Source: Mytilus trossulus (taxonomy: Eukaryota). Taken from it: a DNA stretch of 64,000 nucleotides. Made by a program: the position numbers and the translations under genes. This document shows positions 14,565-27,365 of the stretch, piece after piece (position 1 is the stretch's first letter; each line of letters starts with the position of its first letter). The stretch covers positions 2,356,001-2,420,000 of the forward strand of contig NW_026963314.1 in NCBI RefSeq assembly GCF_036588685.1, read 5' to 3'. Under the pieces are notes generated by a model. That model did not search any database and had not been told where the DNA came from. It was given only the letters and a program-made list of their open reading frames with translations.

Positions 14565-15420
14565 ACTGGAGTATCTTTCGTCAGGAGAGATCACAATTTC
14601 TTTGTAAAAACACACTCTTATTCAAACAAAAAGTTCTCTGAAGCTGACATTATCAAGATGCTTGATTTCTAGATTGACAACATATCTTTTTCGTTTGGAG
14701 GTCGGGCTTTTTATTAACAAACCGTCGGAAATCAATTATTTCTTTTCTGTTATATATGCATTAAAATAGAAACAAGTCTCCTGTTATGTTTTTTTGCTTT
14801 ATAATCTCAATTTACTGAAAATACCGGGATCCATTTATGAATGTGTGTAGCACATGAATAGATCACTCAAGTTTATGAAAGTAGTTTCGGAAAACATGGC
14901 TTATCGAAGTGTAAACCAAGGGGGGGGGGGGGGGGGGATATAATGTAATTGACCAATCCCGTTCAATGAAATTGAGAATGAAAATGGGGAATGTGTCAAG
15001 TATAATTTTATAGATATTCAAATCATGTAAGTTTTACGGGCGCCATTACGAGTTGGTTGGTCGTTATGGATTATCCGTGTCACAGATGATATTGGATACG
15101 CTTCTTATGTCGTTACTGTGATCCTGATCCCTTTTAACACATGTGACCTAACAAAAAAGACAATATATGTCGGATTTGTAATAACATAGGCAACACTACA
15201 GGTTCCACATGTGGAGCAGAATCTGCTAACCCTTCCGGAGCACCTGGAATCACCCCAGTTTTTTTGGTGGGGTTCTATTCTTGTTGCTTAGTATTTAGTT
15301 TCCAATTTTGTTTCTTGTTTACTACTGTTTGTCTGCTTGTAGTTTTCTTTTTTGGCTATGGCGTTTGGTTTTTTTTTCGAGCTATGACGTTGAATGACCC
15401 CCCGATATCTTTCGTCCCTC
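14565..15420 (+). mobile_element. Degenerate Penelope-like retroelement fragments
   Basis: 14630-14730 translates KFSEADIIKMLDF*IDNISFSFGGR, resembling the Penelope-type RT segment before the QxxGxPMG motif; probable 3' portion at 15020-15420. Confidence 0.55.
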
Positions 15421-15458
15421 TTTTATTTATGTACAATTTTCAATATCTTTGTTTTCAG

Positions 15459-15922
15459 GTATAAATGCAGATCCACGATGTCATACGATTTTCCAGGTGT
15501 TTGGATATGTTGTGACGTGTGGTAGTTTACTCGTGACATTGATGGCCATTTATCTGTACCTTAACACCCGACTTCATATTGCAATGCCAAAATTCCGACT
15601 AGAACAGAAGAAAAAAAACGCTTGGATTAAAGTACAAGACTCACTTTACAAAGGTGTGGTCAATATGATTCCACCAGCTTCGACAGGAGTAAACGGAGTT
15701 AAATTGCCTCCAATTAAGAGAGCGACGAGGAAGAGATTTCCATCCCCGAACGTGATACAGCATTTTGATCTTCCGTACAATTCTGATCTGGAAAAAGATG
15801 ATTTGGAAAAAGAAATTAATGAAAAAAACAAAAATAATTCTTTGGGAAATAGTTACACGACAAATGAAGTGAATAAAAAATCAAAAGCGGATTTAGAAGT
15901 GTCAATTGCAGACGGACAATGA
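15459..15922 (+). CDS. LRR-TM gene A, exon 3 (TM helix + extended cytoplasmic tail)
   Basis: gttttcag|gt acceptor, phase 1; C-x-x-x-x-Q-V-F-G-Y hydrophobic helix then KKKNAWIKVQ and PP motifs as in paralogs; aataaa at ~15945. Confidence 0.85.
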
Positions 15923-18444
15923 TTATGTACATGGATATATTTTAAATAAAGACATTGACGTATCAAGGGAAACGAAAGATAAAACCACAAGATTTAGATA
16001 AGATCACGAAAAATATAGCAAACCGCCATTTATAGCTTGCTAAGGCTCCGTGTTGAAGGCCGAACATTGACCTATAATTATTTTATACAATGTGATATGG
16101 ACGGAGAGTTGTCTTTTATTAATACTACATCTTCTTATTTATATTGAAAATAAAATAAAAGAGTAACACATTTTATACAAGCAGTCATTGACAATTGTAA
16201 CCATTGAGTGTCGCAATGCTGTATTATTCTAGCTCGGAGCCTCCCTTTTTCTCTCTACTTGTTATATTTTGCACATTATTCCGTATTGACTAGGATTGAC
16301 ATTTTTCCTGTCGTAGGTCGATAGTTTTCTCCGGTTACCCCGAGTTCCCCAAGCAATAAACACATGTATAAACAGGGTAATGAAAGCGGGAGAAATTTAT
16401 TTATTACGAAATCAATGTTTTTACCAATAGACACAATATCTAACGATCTGATCAGAGTGGTTAAAGGGTCGATAAGTTAACACTAATCGTATTCTAAATT
16501 AACTGACTCTGTAAACAACATCAATGTACACATTTATATTGCGAATAGATTTCTTGTAGTAGAGACAACTTTCCAAACCAAATATGTTTTTCTATGACAA
16601 AATTAAACTATTAAAGGTTTTAAGTAATTTGTTGTAACGAAACACATTTTTTTGTACTTCCATGTTCTAAAAGCAGTTGTTTAATTTGTCTTGATGAATT
16701 GCTTAAACGAAAGAGGTATATCACCAAAATATATATATATATTATGGAACGCAAAGCTAAGTCAGTATAGTAGATCCATGAACTATTACAAGGGGTGAGT
16801 GGTTACATGTTAATACGACCAAGGAGAATCGTCTGAATCATTCATCAGTGAAATGTTAAATATTAGTTACATTATATGTCCATGGTAAAAAGTTGCCTCA
16901 TTATCATCCAAACCATCATTTTACATTTGTAGCTGGTCTGACACAAAGGGTCAAGTTAGCTATCCTCGTGATCTTTCGTCTCCCGTCTATAAACTTCAAA
17001 AACTCTGATGTTCCATGTGTGTGTATATTATACTCTTCACAAAGCTCCAAGCTGTGTAATCCTCAAACAGAACACAGATATTCCCGATAACTTTTCTAAG
17101 TCAATGACCATCATTGATTCAATGTTGCCTAACTATATTTAAATATTGTATTCTTTAAAACGATAGTCTGAAGCACATCTTAATTTGGATACTTCTATTG
17201 TGCCAATTACGTTTCAATATTATTTTACAGATATTTTATCATATTACATCCAATATAAGAGACTGATTTTACAAGTTTTAAAAAATCAAGGTGTTGCAAT
17301 ACTTTTTTCATCGTTAAAAAGATAAGAAATGAATTTTGTAGAAACAAATGAAAAACAATGTTTGAGCCAAATAGAAAGCCGAAAAAAGTTTTGAAACACC
17401 TTAAGATCGACAAAGAATTGGGGACTACTTATATAAGACAATACCTCAGCTTATTGACCTTGCACACGACAGTATCCTAACAACACATTACTCTGTCAAT
17501 GGCAGTTCAAAGGTGGCTCTGCTCAAGAATATTCAATTGGAGTAAATGCATCTGCAAATGACAGAAGCCTTAAATCATGATTGTAACCCAGCAAGAAATC
17601 TTGTTATTACAATGTGATATAAAATATAAAGACTCAAAAAAACATTGTCTACAAGCTCTGATCATTGTTTCCGGATCAAACGAATAATTTCACGATGCCA
17701 TGTTTTTTGTCTTTGATTGCTTATGCTTATGTTGTTTTTTTTTCCTAAATTAATAGCTTTCAGTAAATGCAACGACTCTGAGATCTGTACTTGCTGTCTT
17801 TTGTTGTTGGGATGTACAAGTACCTGTCCACGTCTTATCTGTGTTTTGTTAGATATATTTCCATCTGACGATTTCAGCTTTTTTCAACTGATTTTTATAA
17901 TTTGTTGTGACAAAACGAAAACAGACGGATATATAGCAACAAACGTCAACCACTAAGTTACAACATTCAAAACTGCGACATGCACGTTCAATAAGAGGTT
18001 ATGTTAAACATGTTTTCTGGTGCCGATTTCAGCTCTCCCCTAGCCCTTGGAAACAGTGTAACAGTACAACATAATAACCAATTATAAAGATATGTTGAAT
18101 GAAGGCTTAAATAGTCAGATTTCTTGTTGGGGTACAATCATGCATACGCAGTCAATTGTCTTATGCTTCTGTCTATTGCAGAGGTATATCTCTATGGAAT
18201 ATTCTTGAGCAGAGCCTGATTTTGAACTGCCATTGGCTAGGGGTGAGTGGAAATCGGCACCAGAAAACATGTTTAATATAACCTTTTATTGAACGTGCCT
18301 GTCGCAGTTCTGAAGCGTATAACTTAGTGGTTGACCTTTGTTTGCTATACATCAGTTGTTTCTCGTTTTGTACATTAAACAGACCGTTATTTTAGTATGA
18401 ACTCGAAGTCGTAAGAGTTATGATTGGCAGTTCTAAATTTTAAA

Positions 18445-18630
18445 TTATTAGGGCCCCGACTTTAGTCGAGTCGCCCTATAGTGATCAGTCTGTCCGTCCG
18501 TCCGTCTGGTCCGTCCGTCCGTCCGTAACACTTTAACTTTGTGTCCGCTCCATATCTAGAAAACCATTATGATTTCATACATTATACTTTACATGTTTAT
18601 TAACCACCACCAAAGGGCGTGTCATGATGT
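18445..18630. mobile_element. Truncated HINE/pearl-like element with (GTCC)n microsatellite
   Basis: Short hairpin (cgactttagtcg) inside gggc...gccc followed by gtctgtccgtccgtcc run. Confidence 0.5.
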
Positions 18631-18631
18631 A

Positions 18632-18977
18632 TGTACGTTCCGCATCTGACAGGCGCACCACCAAACGGTATATTTACTGCTAATTACACGGGTCATTATC
18701 ACAGGGTTGACACTACTAAATTCCATCAACCATTGTCAAATTGTTACCAATTGTAGTATTTTAATCAGTAAGCTTTTCTAAGATAACAATACGAATACTA
18801 ATCACAGTTCCAGTTCTACGGGTTCAAACAGAAAGATTTGAAAGCAGAGAAAACTGTGTATCTTATAATCAGTATGACTTTATCAGATGACAATAATATT
18901 ACTGAAATAAGGCTTGCGAATAGTTATATACTTTATAAATTCAGTCACGGACCCGCGATATCACGGGTGTTTTCTAG
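18632..18977 (+). mobile_element. Helitron-like element, second copy
   Basis: Homologous to 11499-11991; ends acccgcgatatcacgggt-gttttCTAG|T. Confidence 0.65.
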
Positions 18978-19726
18978 TAGAACATATAAATTACGCAACA
19001 TTAAAACGACACAAAACCTAAATACATCTATAAATGTATACATCTACAGATCATCATGGCACCCAGGGTCATTTTTTTCACTTTATAAATCAAACAAATA
19101 GAAGGAAAGTGTTCATTGTATTAAATTTATCTTTACCAAATGTTAATTTACATTTTCTAGTTCAAAGTTTCTGAATCTCATCAGTGTATGTGTATGTAAT
19201 AATCTTAGTGTTTGGTCCTTTAAAGAAACAATTAGTACTACTGGTGGCCGTTTGACAAGGGTACTATTCTGGTTCCCTTTTCGAGAGGCAGTTTAAATGC
19301 CCCTCCTTTCATTCTACCCACTTTGCAGAATCCACCTTTATGTTAACAATTTCTCAGGATTAATGTGTTTCTCGTCTTGAATGTATGCCTGAACTTCTAG
19401 TATAATTCAATAACTGGAACAACCACTTTTGTAAAAATAAAATTGAAAATGGAAATGGGAAATGTGTCAAAGAGACAACAACCCGATCATAGAAAACACA
19501 ACAGCAGAAGGTCACCAACAGATCTTCAATATTTGTTTGTGATCATACACAAGTAGGCAGAGCACGTTTAAAGACAATTTTCAAAGATTTATTTACATTT
19601 AACTGTCACAATAGATAGTGTACATTCAACGAGAATAATATAGTGTTTTTATAATGTCTCTGCTACCATCCCTTACGCATGAGCGGAGCTTAGGTCTCTG
19701 CTATCTTCCTTACGCATATGTCTCTG

Positions 19727-19983
19727 CTACCATCCCTTTCGCATGGGCGGAGCCGTCGATGCAGGGGGTCTCTGACCACCCCCACCTCCATGTAGAAGAG
19801 CTTGTTGAACTTTCATCCATGCAATATTCCTCTTTTTCATCAGTCTTTCTCTGTCAGTAATTAGATCTCGTCTAACATGGCATACGATTGCTAAAGCTAA
19901 AGCTCCAATAACTAAGGTAAATAATAGTACTGCATACGCTATAATATTGTATAGAATAAAACATTCCACTCCCCAACGGAAAC
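19727..19983 (-). CDS. LRR-TM gene B, exon 3 (TM + tail ending MRKGW*)
   Basis: tgtattgtag|gt acceptor, 257 nt; TM followed by CHVRR...KKRNIAWMKVQQAL...GQRPP. Confidence 0.9.
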
Positions 19984-20899
19984 CTACAATACACAATTTA
20001 GATTAATTGACATTAAATACATCTTATCGGGGGAAAACTGTGACATGAATAAAATTAAAGCAGTGATAAAGTTTGTAGGTGGAGGTCTTTGCTCTTCTAT
20101 ATACAAGTTGATTTAGTCTTGTAGTTTAACATCTCTCCTCGTTTTTCAATTATTTTTTTATTGTGAGTTGAGTATCTCATTGATGTTATACTTTGCACTT
20201 TTTACATATTTTATAATATGATTTAGACGAAACAATGTTTGGCTATACTAGTTTACGGCGTTTATATATGTTAAAAAAATCAATGACCACTTACTTAAAA
20301 AGAAAGAACAATTTGAAAGTTATATTTCTACACATTAATCCATGGAAACACCTGAAAAGTTCAAAATTCAGAATGTTGCTTTGAAGAAAAAGGAAAGGAA
20401 GTCAGCTTTTTCTTAATAACTAAATCTTCCTTAGTTTTGCCCTTCGTATTACTATGATCAGGGATTATAATATATTGACCTCTGCCGTCCTAGAGCAGTG
20501 GCTCGAAGTATATCTTTTCGCCTTCTGTAATTCTAAGATCAGGGATTTTAAGAGTTACCTTAAGTTTGCTCCTTGAATATGATGCACAAGGGTTCAACGT
20601 TTTAACAATGCCTTGGTTTTCCCGTTTGAATGGTTTTACACTAGTAATTTTGGGGCCCTTTATAGCTTGTTGTTCGGTGTGAGCCAAGGCTTGTTGTTCG
20701 GTGTGAGCCAAGGCTCCGTGTTGAAGGCCGTACTTTAACCTATAATGGTTTACTTTTTAAATTGTTATTTGGATTGAGAGTTGTCTCATTGGCACTCACA
20801 CCACATCTTCCTATATCTACTTACGTGTTCAAAAATTCGGGGATTTGAACTTTTACTTGTGTCCTCTGTGGAGCAAAGATAGGGGTTCAAACTTTTACG

Positions 20900-21700
20900 T
20901 GATACAAGAGTCGGGGATTTTGATGTTTACCTTTGCCCTCCGTGATACAAGTGCAAAAAATAACTGTATGAAGAGATTTAAGTCTTTACTTTTTCCTGCC
21001 CTCTCTGATACAGGGATCAGGAATTATGACTTTTACCTTTGCCCTACGTGATAAGGGATCAGGGATTAAGACTTTTACCTTTGCCCTCCGTGATAAGGGA
21101 TCAGGGAGTAAGACTTTTACCTTTGCCCTCCGTGATAAGGGATCAGGGATTAAGACTTTTACATTTGCCCTCCGTGATAAGGGATCAGAGATAAAGAAGT
21201 TAACCTTTGCCCACCGTGGAAAGGGATCAGGGATGAAGACTTTTACCTTTGCCCTCTGTGATACAAGGATCAGAGATAAAGACGTTTACCTTTGCCCACC
21301 GTGGAAAGGAATCAGGGATTAAGACTTTTACCTTTGCCCTCTGTATTACAAGGATCAGGGATTAAGACTTTTACCTTTGCCCTCTGTGATACAATGATCA
21401 GGGATAAAGACTTAATTGTGCCCTCTCTGATACAAGGATCAGGGATTAAGACGTTTACCTTTGCCCTCTGTGATACAGGGATCAAGAATTATGACTTTTA
21501 CCTTTGCCCTCCGTGATACAGGGATCAGGATTAAGACTTTTATCTTTGCCCTCTGTGATACACGGATCAGGATTAAGACGTTTATATTTGCCCTCCGTGA
21601 TACAGGGATCAGGGATTAAGACTTTTATGTTTGTCCATCGTAATAAGGGATCAGAGATTAAGACTTTTACCTTTGCCCTCCGTGATACAGGGATCAGGGA
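20900..21700 (-). repeat. 42-43 bp tandem array spanning the gene B exon 2 donor (~17-19 units)
   Basis: Minus-strand unit ccctgatccctgtatcacggagggcaaag|gtaaaagtcttaat; first unit is the real exon end. Confidence 0.9.
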
Positions 21701-21739
21701 TTTCACATTCTTTGATGTAGTATTCTTTTCCTGTCCTTT
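21671..21739 (-). CDS. LRR-TM gene B, exon 2 (KRTGKEYYIKECEIPDPCITEGK)
   Basis: ttgacag|aa ... aaag|gtaaaa, 69 nt, phase 1-1, two Cys. Confidence 0.85.
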
Positions 21740-22541
21740 CTGTCAATAGAAAACAATATACATTAACATATATAGTGTTACATATTTAGTCTTAGATGCA
21801 TGCTTGTTTATTAGTTTTAGTGGCTTTGAATTAGCTGTCAGTAACTGCGAGTACTGTCAGATCTGTTCTTAGTGTTTTGTTGTTGTTGGGATGTACAAGT
21901 ACCCGGCCACGTCCACTTGTATTAGTAGTATTTGTATTTTTATCCTTCTGATGAGTTTCTTAACTGATTTTTATAGTTCGTTCTTATGTTGTACTGTTAC
22001 ACGACTGTCCCAGGTTAAGGAAGGTTTGGGATCCCGCTAACATGTTTAACCCCGCCACATTCTGTATGTATGTGGCTGGCCCTAGTCAGGAGCCTTTAAT
22101 TCAGTGGTCACATACGTATGTGTTACATATTTGTTGTTCGTTCATTTTTTTGTACATGAATTAGGTCGTTATTTTCTCGTTTGAATTGTTTTACATTGTT
22201 ATGTCGGGGTCTTTTATAGCTGACTATGCGGTATGTGTTTTTTTCTCATTTACGAAGGCCATACGGTGACCTATGTATACTTGTGTCATTTGATCTCTTA
22301 TGGAGAACCTTCTCATTGGCAATCATACCACATCTTCTAATTGATATATATAATTACTTTGATTATTACAAATTATTCAATTCAAATTAATTTACATATT
22401 ATTCAATTCAAATTTATTTACAAAGTATTCAATTCAAATTAATTTACAAAATACAGTTAAATTGTTGTTGTTTGGTAGAGAGTTGTCTCATTTGCAATCA
22501 TACCACATCTTCATTTTTTTTTTATAAACAATTATATTTAC

Positions 22542-23421
22542 TTTCATACAGCGCTGGTGTGGTACATGTATATCCGGTCTCTATCTCGTATCCGCTTGCA
22601 TTCGCCGTATTGACGATCCAGATATTTTCACACGAACAATTCCATTCAGTTCCCATCAAGTTCACACTCAATAGTAGGTCAAGGCCATCGAAGATCGTGG
22701 AGGAAATCTCGGTAAATGCATTGTACTGTAGTGAAATCTTCTCTAGTAAAACATTCTGAGAAAAATCATCTGCCCTTACGACGGTTAGTCCGAGATTGTC
22801 CAGTACTACGCTAACTAAATTAGTCTGTGAGTACAATAGTCCTTGTGGTAAAGTTGTACTAGGTAACGTAACACCAATCATAGCTAGTTCTCCTTTCGGA
22901 TCTGGAACGGTGGTTAGCTTCTGTATATCGAGACCGGTAAAGGCGTCATTAGCCAGAGTGGTCAATGAGCCACCGTACACCAAGAAGTAATTGAGTGAAC
23001 CTATGGCTGAGAAGGCTGATGACGTAAACCCACTGCTGATGACACAGTTGATAATTGATAGTTCCTGGAGGTACGACATCCCGGTAAATGTTCCCGAGAA
23101 TAAAAGTAGGGTGCCACCTGTGGAGCAGCGTATTTCTAGAGACGCTGGATAATCGGGATCAAGTGTTCCCATTCCAGAAAAACCTGAAAAAGTCGATGTT
23201 GGGTTACTGGCAGGAAGTTGTCCATGAACATTATAAATCTGCATCCTTTGTGGGATCGGACTAGAGAAGGATGAATACGACAAAGGAAGAGAAACCGATA
23301 GATAATCACATTCGTATACCCCTCGGGCTGAACCATCTGTATCAACGTAAGTACATCCAGATTGTGCTGCGCCTTTCACCATCACAGCGCCACACAACAA
23401 TACCACGAACAACATCAACAT
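22542..23421 (-). CDS. LRR-TM gene B, exon 1 (signal peptide, Cys cap, LRRs, LRRCT); spliced product ~401 aa
   Basis: Hydrophobic N-terminus; LEKISLQYNAFTEI-type LRRs; WNCSCENIW LRRCT; donor gaa a|gtaaat; 880 nt. Confidence 0.92.
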
Positions 23422-23949
23422 TTTAAATTTTTCTGATTTCGTGTTCGGAATAATTTTACATTCGCACCTCCATTTTCCAAAATTGGCTGGTGTCGGATCT
23501 ATACTGTAAATATTGAACCATTTCTATATAAAAACATGTTAATCTTTTATTATCGCCTTAATCCTTTAATCCATAAGTGTAAGTAAGTTTTTAAATTATG
23601 GAAACAAGTAATTAAGTCTAATATTTATTATGTTTAGGAGATTATATTAATGAACAAACCCTGAAAGTATATAGAGATATGTGTATATGCATCAAGTCTC
23701 CAGGTTACACATCATTCTTAGATATTTTCCCCGTTAAAATCCATAAATATGAATCGTGATAATCAGTTATTCCGAGAACACAGTTATCAGCCTTTAATGA
23801 GTGGTACAAATATATATAGTCCCATTGGCTTTAAAACGAACAAAACATGTATGAAATTATTTTTTTTATCTAATCAAATTTTTTTTTTTACAAAATGAAG
23901 TGTTTTTTGTTAAAAAAAAATGCATTTTACAACTTTTACTGTAGTCGAA

Positions 23950-24927
23950 CTTTACAATGTTAGACATTTCAAAATTAATCTCTAGGTGATTGTTCACATC
24001 ATGGTTGATCGCCATACGCCAAAGAATTAGTACATTGTGCGCAGCCTCCATTCAAATGGATAACCTCATCTTAACGTCTTCTGATTCCTGAAATAAGTCG
24101 ACTAATGTGTTGCTAAGCTAGCAGCAACCATTCTTAACGAAGGGTTTTGTTTATTTGAGGACTTGTTTGAACTGAGGTGTCCTTTCATGCAATTTACGTC
24201 AAAAAGTGTCCCATATATGATCGATATGGTTCAAATTCGGGCTACAATTGGGCCAAGGAAGATAAACCGAATTCCATTTGTTCGTAGGCAAAAGTCTCCG
24301 AAATGGTATTATCGCACGATAACCAGAAGCGATGAGCCGATCTCGAACAGCTCTTGTTTAAAGGCTCCTGTATGGTCATCATTCTCTTTTTAGGATCGTA
24401 TTGTTTGCAATGGGTTTCCTTCTGACCAACCTTCATTATGCATTATTTTCCCAAGCAGATGTTACAGCGGGTCTCATTGACCTAGGAAGGTCTTTAACAT
24501 CGTTTCTTGCCTGGTTTTTATTCCCAAAACGACTTATAGTGGAATGGTGATGACCAACAATACGTGCAATTATCACAGCGACATACACAATGTACCTGCT
24601 TCCCTCATGCTTGATATCTGCCAACTTGCTGAAGTTATGAGTTGCGGATGACCAATTACAAGGTATCAATAACATAAACTAATAAACTTGGTTAATAAAG
24701 TGTTGAAAACAAAAAGGATAAAAACATCTGTTTTAGTCTTTACGAGTACAGTAGCTGCATGTGCAGATAGGAACTGATAGAGTCGGTATTTATTGATTAA
24801 AATCAGCTGTTATTTAAATAATGTTTAACTAGTTCTATTTCAAAAATTTATTTAACAAAAAAATAAAAAGTGTTTTTTTTTAATTTGAATTTCAATTTGG
24901 TGTTGCAATACTTTTTTCTATGTGTAT
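23950..24927 (-). mobile_element. Decayed Tc1/mariner element
   Basis: IARIVGHHHSTISR...VKDLPRSMRPAVTS resembles the Tc1 N-terminal HTH + GRPR motif; TIR-like end cacatagaaaaaagtattgcaacacc abutting TA; frameshifts and stops. Confidence 0.65.
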
Positions 24928-25326
24928 ATTTAGAGGTGAATTATCATTTATTTTTGTTTGTTTACTTTTTTTATTTCAATAGATCTTTCTAAGTTTTTAG
25001 ATCGTACTGTTTCAATAAGCATGTAATATTTGCCACTACGTAGATGTAGAGCAGCTAACAATAAAACAATACTTTAGTGCATACCAGGGTTTATTCTTAA
25101 ATAGAGCAAATACTAATTTGTCACGATTAAAGAATAAACATTCTTAATAATCCAGATTAAATATATTTTTGTTAATTGTAAAATGCTATATTAAAGTACA
25201 ACCGTTATATGTCTATATATTATAAACCAGTTTTATAGGATCAAAGATTAGGAATTAAGATCGTTGTTATTTTGAGAGAAAAAATGGCGGACAGAAAATA
25301 AGAAAATTAGAGAGACAATAAGGAAT

Positions 25327-26182
25327 ATGGCACTTCTTTTAACCATTCTGATGTTTTGTATCTACAATAGTGATGCAGCAACACCTACCGGATGTACAGG
25401 GGATAGTTCCGATAGCTCTATCATTCATTACACGTGCGACAAGACAAGTATCGGTGGATCTATCAGTTTCGCTGGATTCACAGATTCTGAGCCACAGAGG
25501 CTAACCATCTACAGCGCCAGTGGTACAGTTTCCGCGGGAACATTTAGCGGTTTCAGCGCATTTAGTGGTGTTAACTCTGATTACCCGGCTACCCTTCAGT
25601 TCCTATGTACAGGCTCACTTACGTTTTCTACAGGGACGTTCGGTGATCTCGGGTATTTTGAGGAGGTTTTTATCAAAGATTGTACTACTTCCTTGATTGC
25701 CAGTATGTTTAATAGTCTTGGAACGGCAAACAAAGTATCGATCAGTGGCGGAACACTTTCAACCATTGATGCTGGCACCTTCACAAGCCTCGACATCACA
25801 CCAATATCCACAACAGCAAGTCCAAGAGGAGAATTGAGCATCAAGAACGTAGTACTAACGCCAGGAACATTTCCCTCGACATTCTTTAATCCACTGACGA
25901 ATATTAAATTCATATATTTGGAGAATCTAGGCCTGACATCTGTTGATGCTGCGTGGTTCAGCAGTAACACAGCCCTCGTATATCTGTCTCTGGCTAACAA
26001 TCAGATCACAACACTCCCGAGTACTATGTTTGATACAACATTGGCGTTACTGTATATCAATTTACACGGGGCTCCTTTGGATTGTACAGATACTAGTACC
26101 ACTTGGTATTATGATTACACTGTAGCCAACAACATCACCTTTGACGGAGCAGCTGTCTGTTCCACTCCAGCTGCTGAACAAT
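25327..26182 (+). CDS. LRR-TM gene C, exon 1; spliced product ~380 aa
   Basis: Signal peptide, PTGC cap, LVYLSLANNQITTL LRR; donor caa t|gtaagt; 856 nt. Confidence 0.92.
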
Positions 26183-26826
26183 GTAAGTAATCACTTGGTA
26201 TTATGACTACGCTGTAGCCAATAACATCATTTTTGACGGAGCAGCTGTCTGGTCCACTCCAGCTGCTGAACAATGTACTAATCACTTGGTATTATGACTA
26301 CGCTGTAGCCAACAACATCACTTTTGACGGAGCAGCTGTCTGTTCAACTCCAGCTGCTGAACAATGTAAGTAATCACTTGGTATTATGACTACGCTGTAG
26401 CCAATAACATCACTTTTGACGGAGCAGCTGTCTGGTCCACTCCAGCTGCTGAACAATGTAAGTAATCACTTGGTATTATGACTACGCTGTAGCCAATAAC
26501 ATCACTTTTGACGGAGCAGCTGTCTGGTCCACTCCAGCTGCTGAACAATGTAAGTAATCACTTGGTATTATGACTACGCTGTAGCCAATAACATCACTTT
26601 TGACGGAGCAGCTGTCTGGTCCACTCCAGCTGCTGAACAATGTAAATTATCTCTTGGTATTATGACTATACTGTAGCCAATAACATCACTTTTGATGAAG
26701 CAGTTGTTTGTTTCACTCCGGCTGCTGAACAATGTAAGCTATCACTCTGTATTATGATTACACTGTAGCCAATAACATCACTTTTGTTGAAGCAGCTGTC
26801 ATTTCTAGCCTAAGTGTAAGTAATCA
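26100..26826 (+). repeat. 92-bp tandem array spanning the gene C exon 1 donor (~8 units)
   Basis: Unit starts at 26101, 26193, 26284, 26376, 26468, 26560, 26652, 26744. Confidence 0.95.
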
Positions 26827-27107
26827 AGTGCATAGTGTATAATAGTTTGATTCTGTCAAATGAATTTAGTATTGTGTGGTATTATGTCATTCGTAATAGC
26901 GTAAGTTAATGAGTGTGTCATGTCATAACAATATTCGAAAAACGAATTCAAAGTAATCTTTTTGTCTTTTAAATCTATCAAACAAAGGGTATAACAGTCA
27001 ACGTTAAGCAAACAACAATTAATCAATCAGTATAATTCTGGTGAACAAGATCAATATTGAAGTCAAGGTCATTATGATACTAAAATAACAAAAATAGTGA
27101 TCTTCGA

Positions 27108-27240
27108 AGAAAATCACTACTTGATCATAAAATCCGTACTTGATCAGAAAATCAGTACTTGATCAGAAAATCAGTACTTGATCAGAAAATCCGTACTTGA
27201 TCAGAAAATCAGTACTTGATCAGAAAATCAGTACTTCAGA
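27108..27240 (+). repeat. 19-bp minisatellite (cagtacttgatcagaaaat, ~7 units)
   Basis: Direct reading; ends ~60 bp before the gene C exon 2 acceptor. Confidence 0.9.
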
Positions 27241-27299
27241 ATACAACAAAACAAACCAATTGTTATGAAATATTCAAGATGTGTGATTACTACTTCCAG

Positions 27300-27365
27300 A
27301 TAAAAGTTTAACAGTTTGGGCACAGGCGTTTGCAACATCAACTGATGCATGCAAAGGGGAAATGG
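27300..27365 (+). CDS. LRR-TM gene C, exon 2 (YKSLTVWAQAFATSTDACKGEM)
   Basis: cttccag|at ... atgg|gtaaga, 66 nt, phase 1-1, open frame. Confidence 0.8.

Noticed and set aside
25596-26000. Antisense ORFs (also 22796-22990, 32267-32515, 42208-42570, 52180-52515)
   Set aside because: Shadows of the real LRR exons
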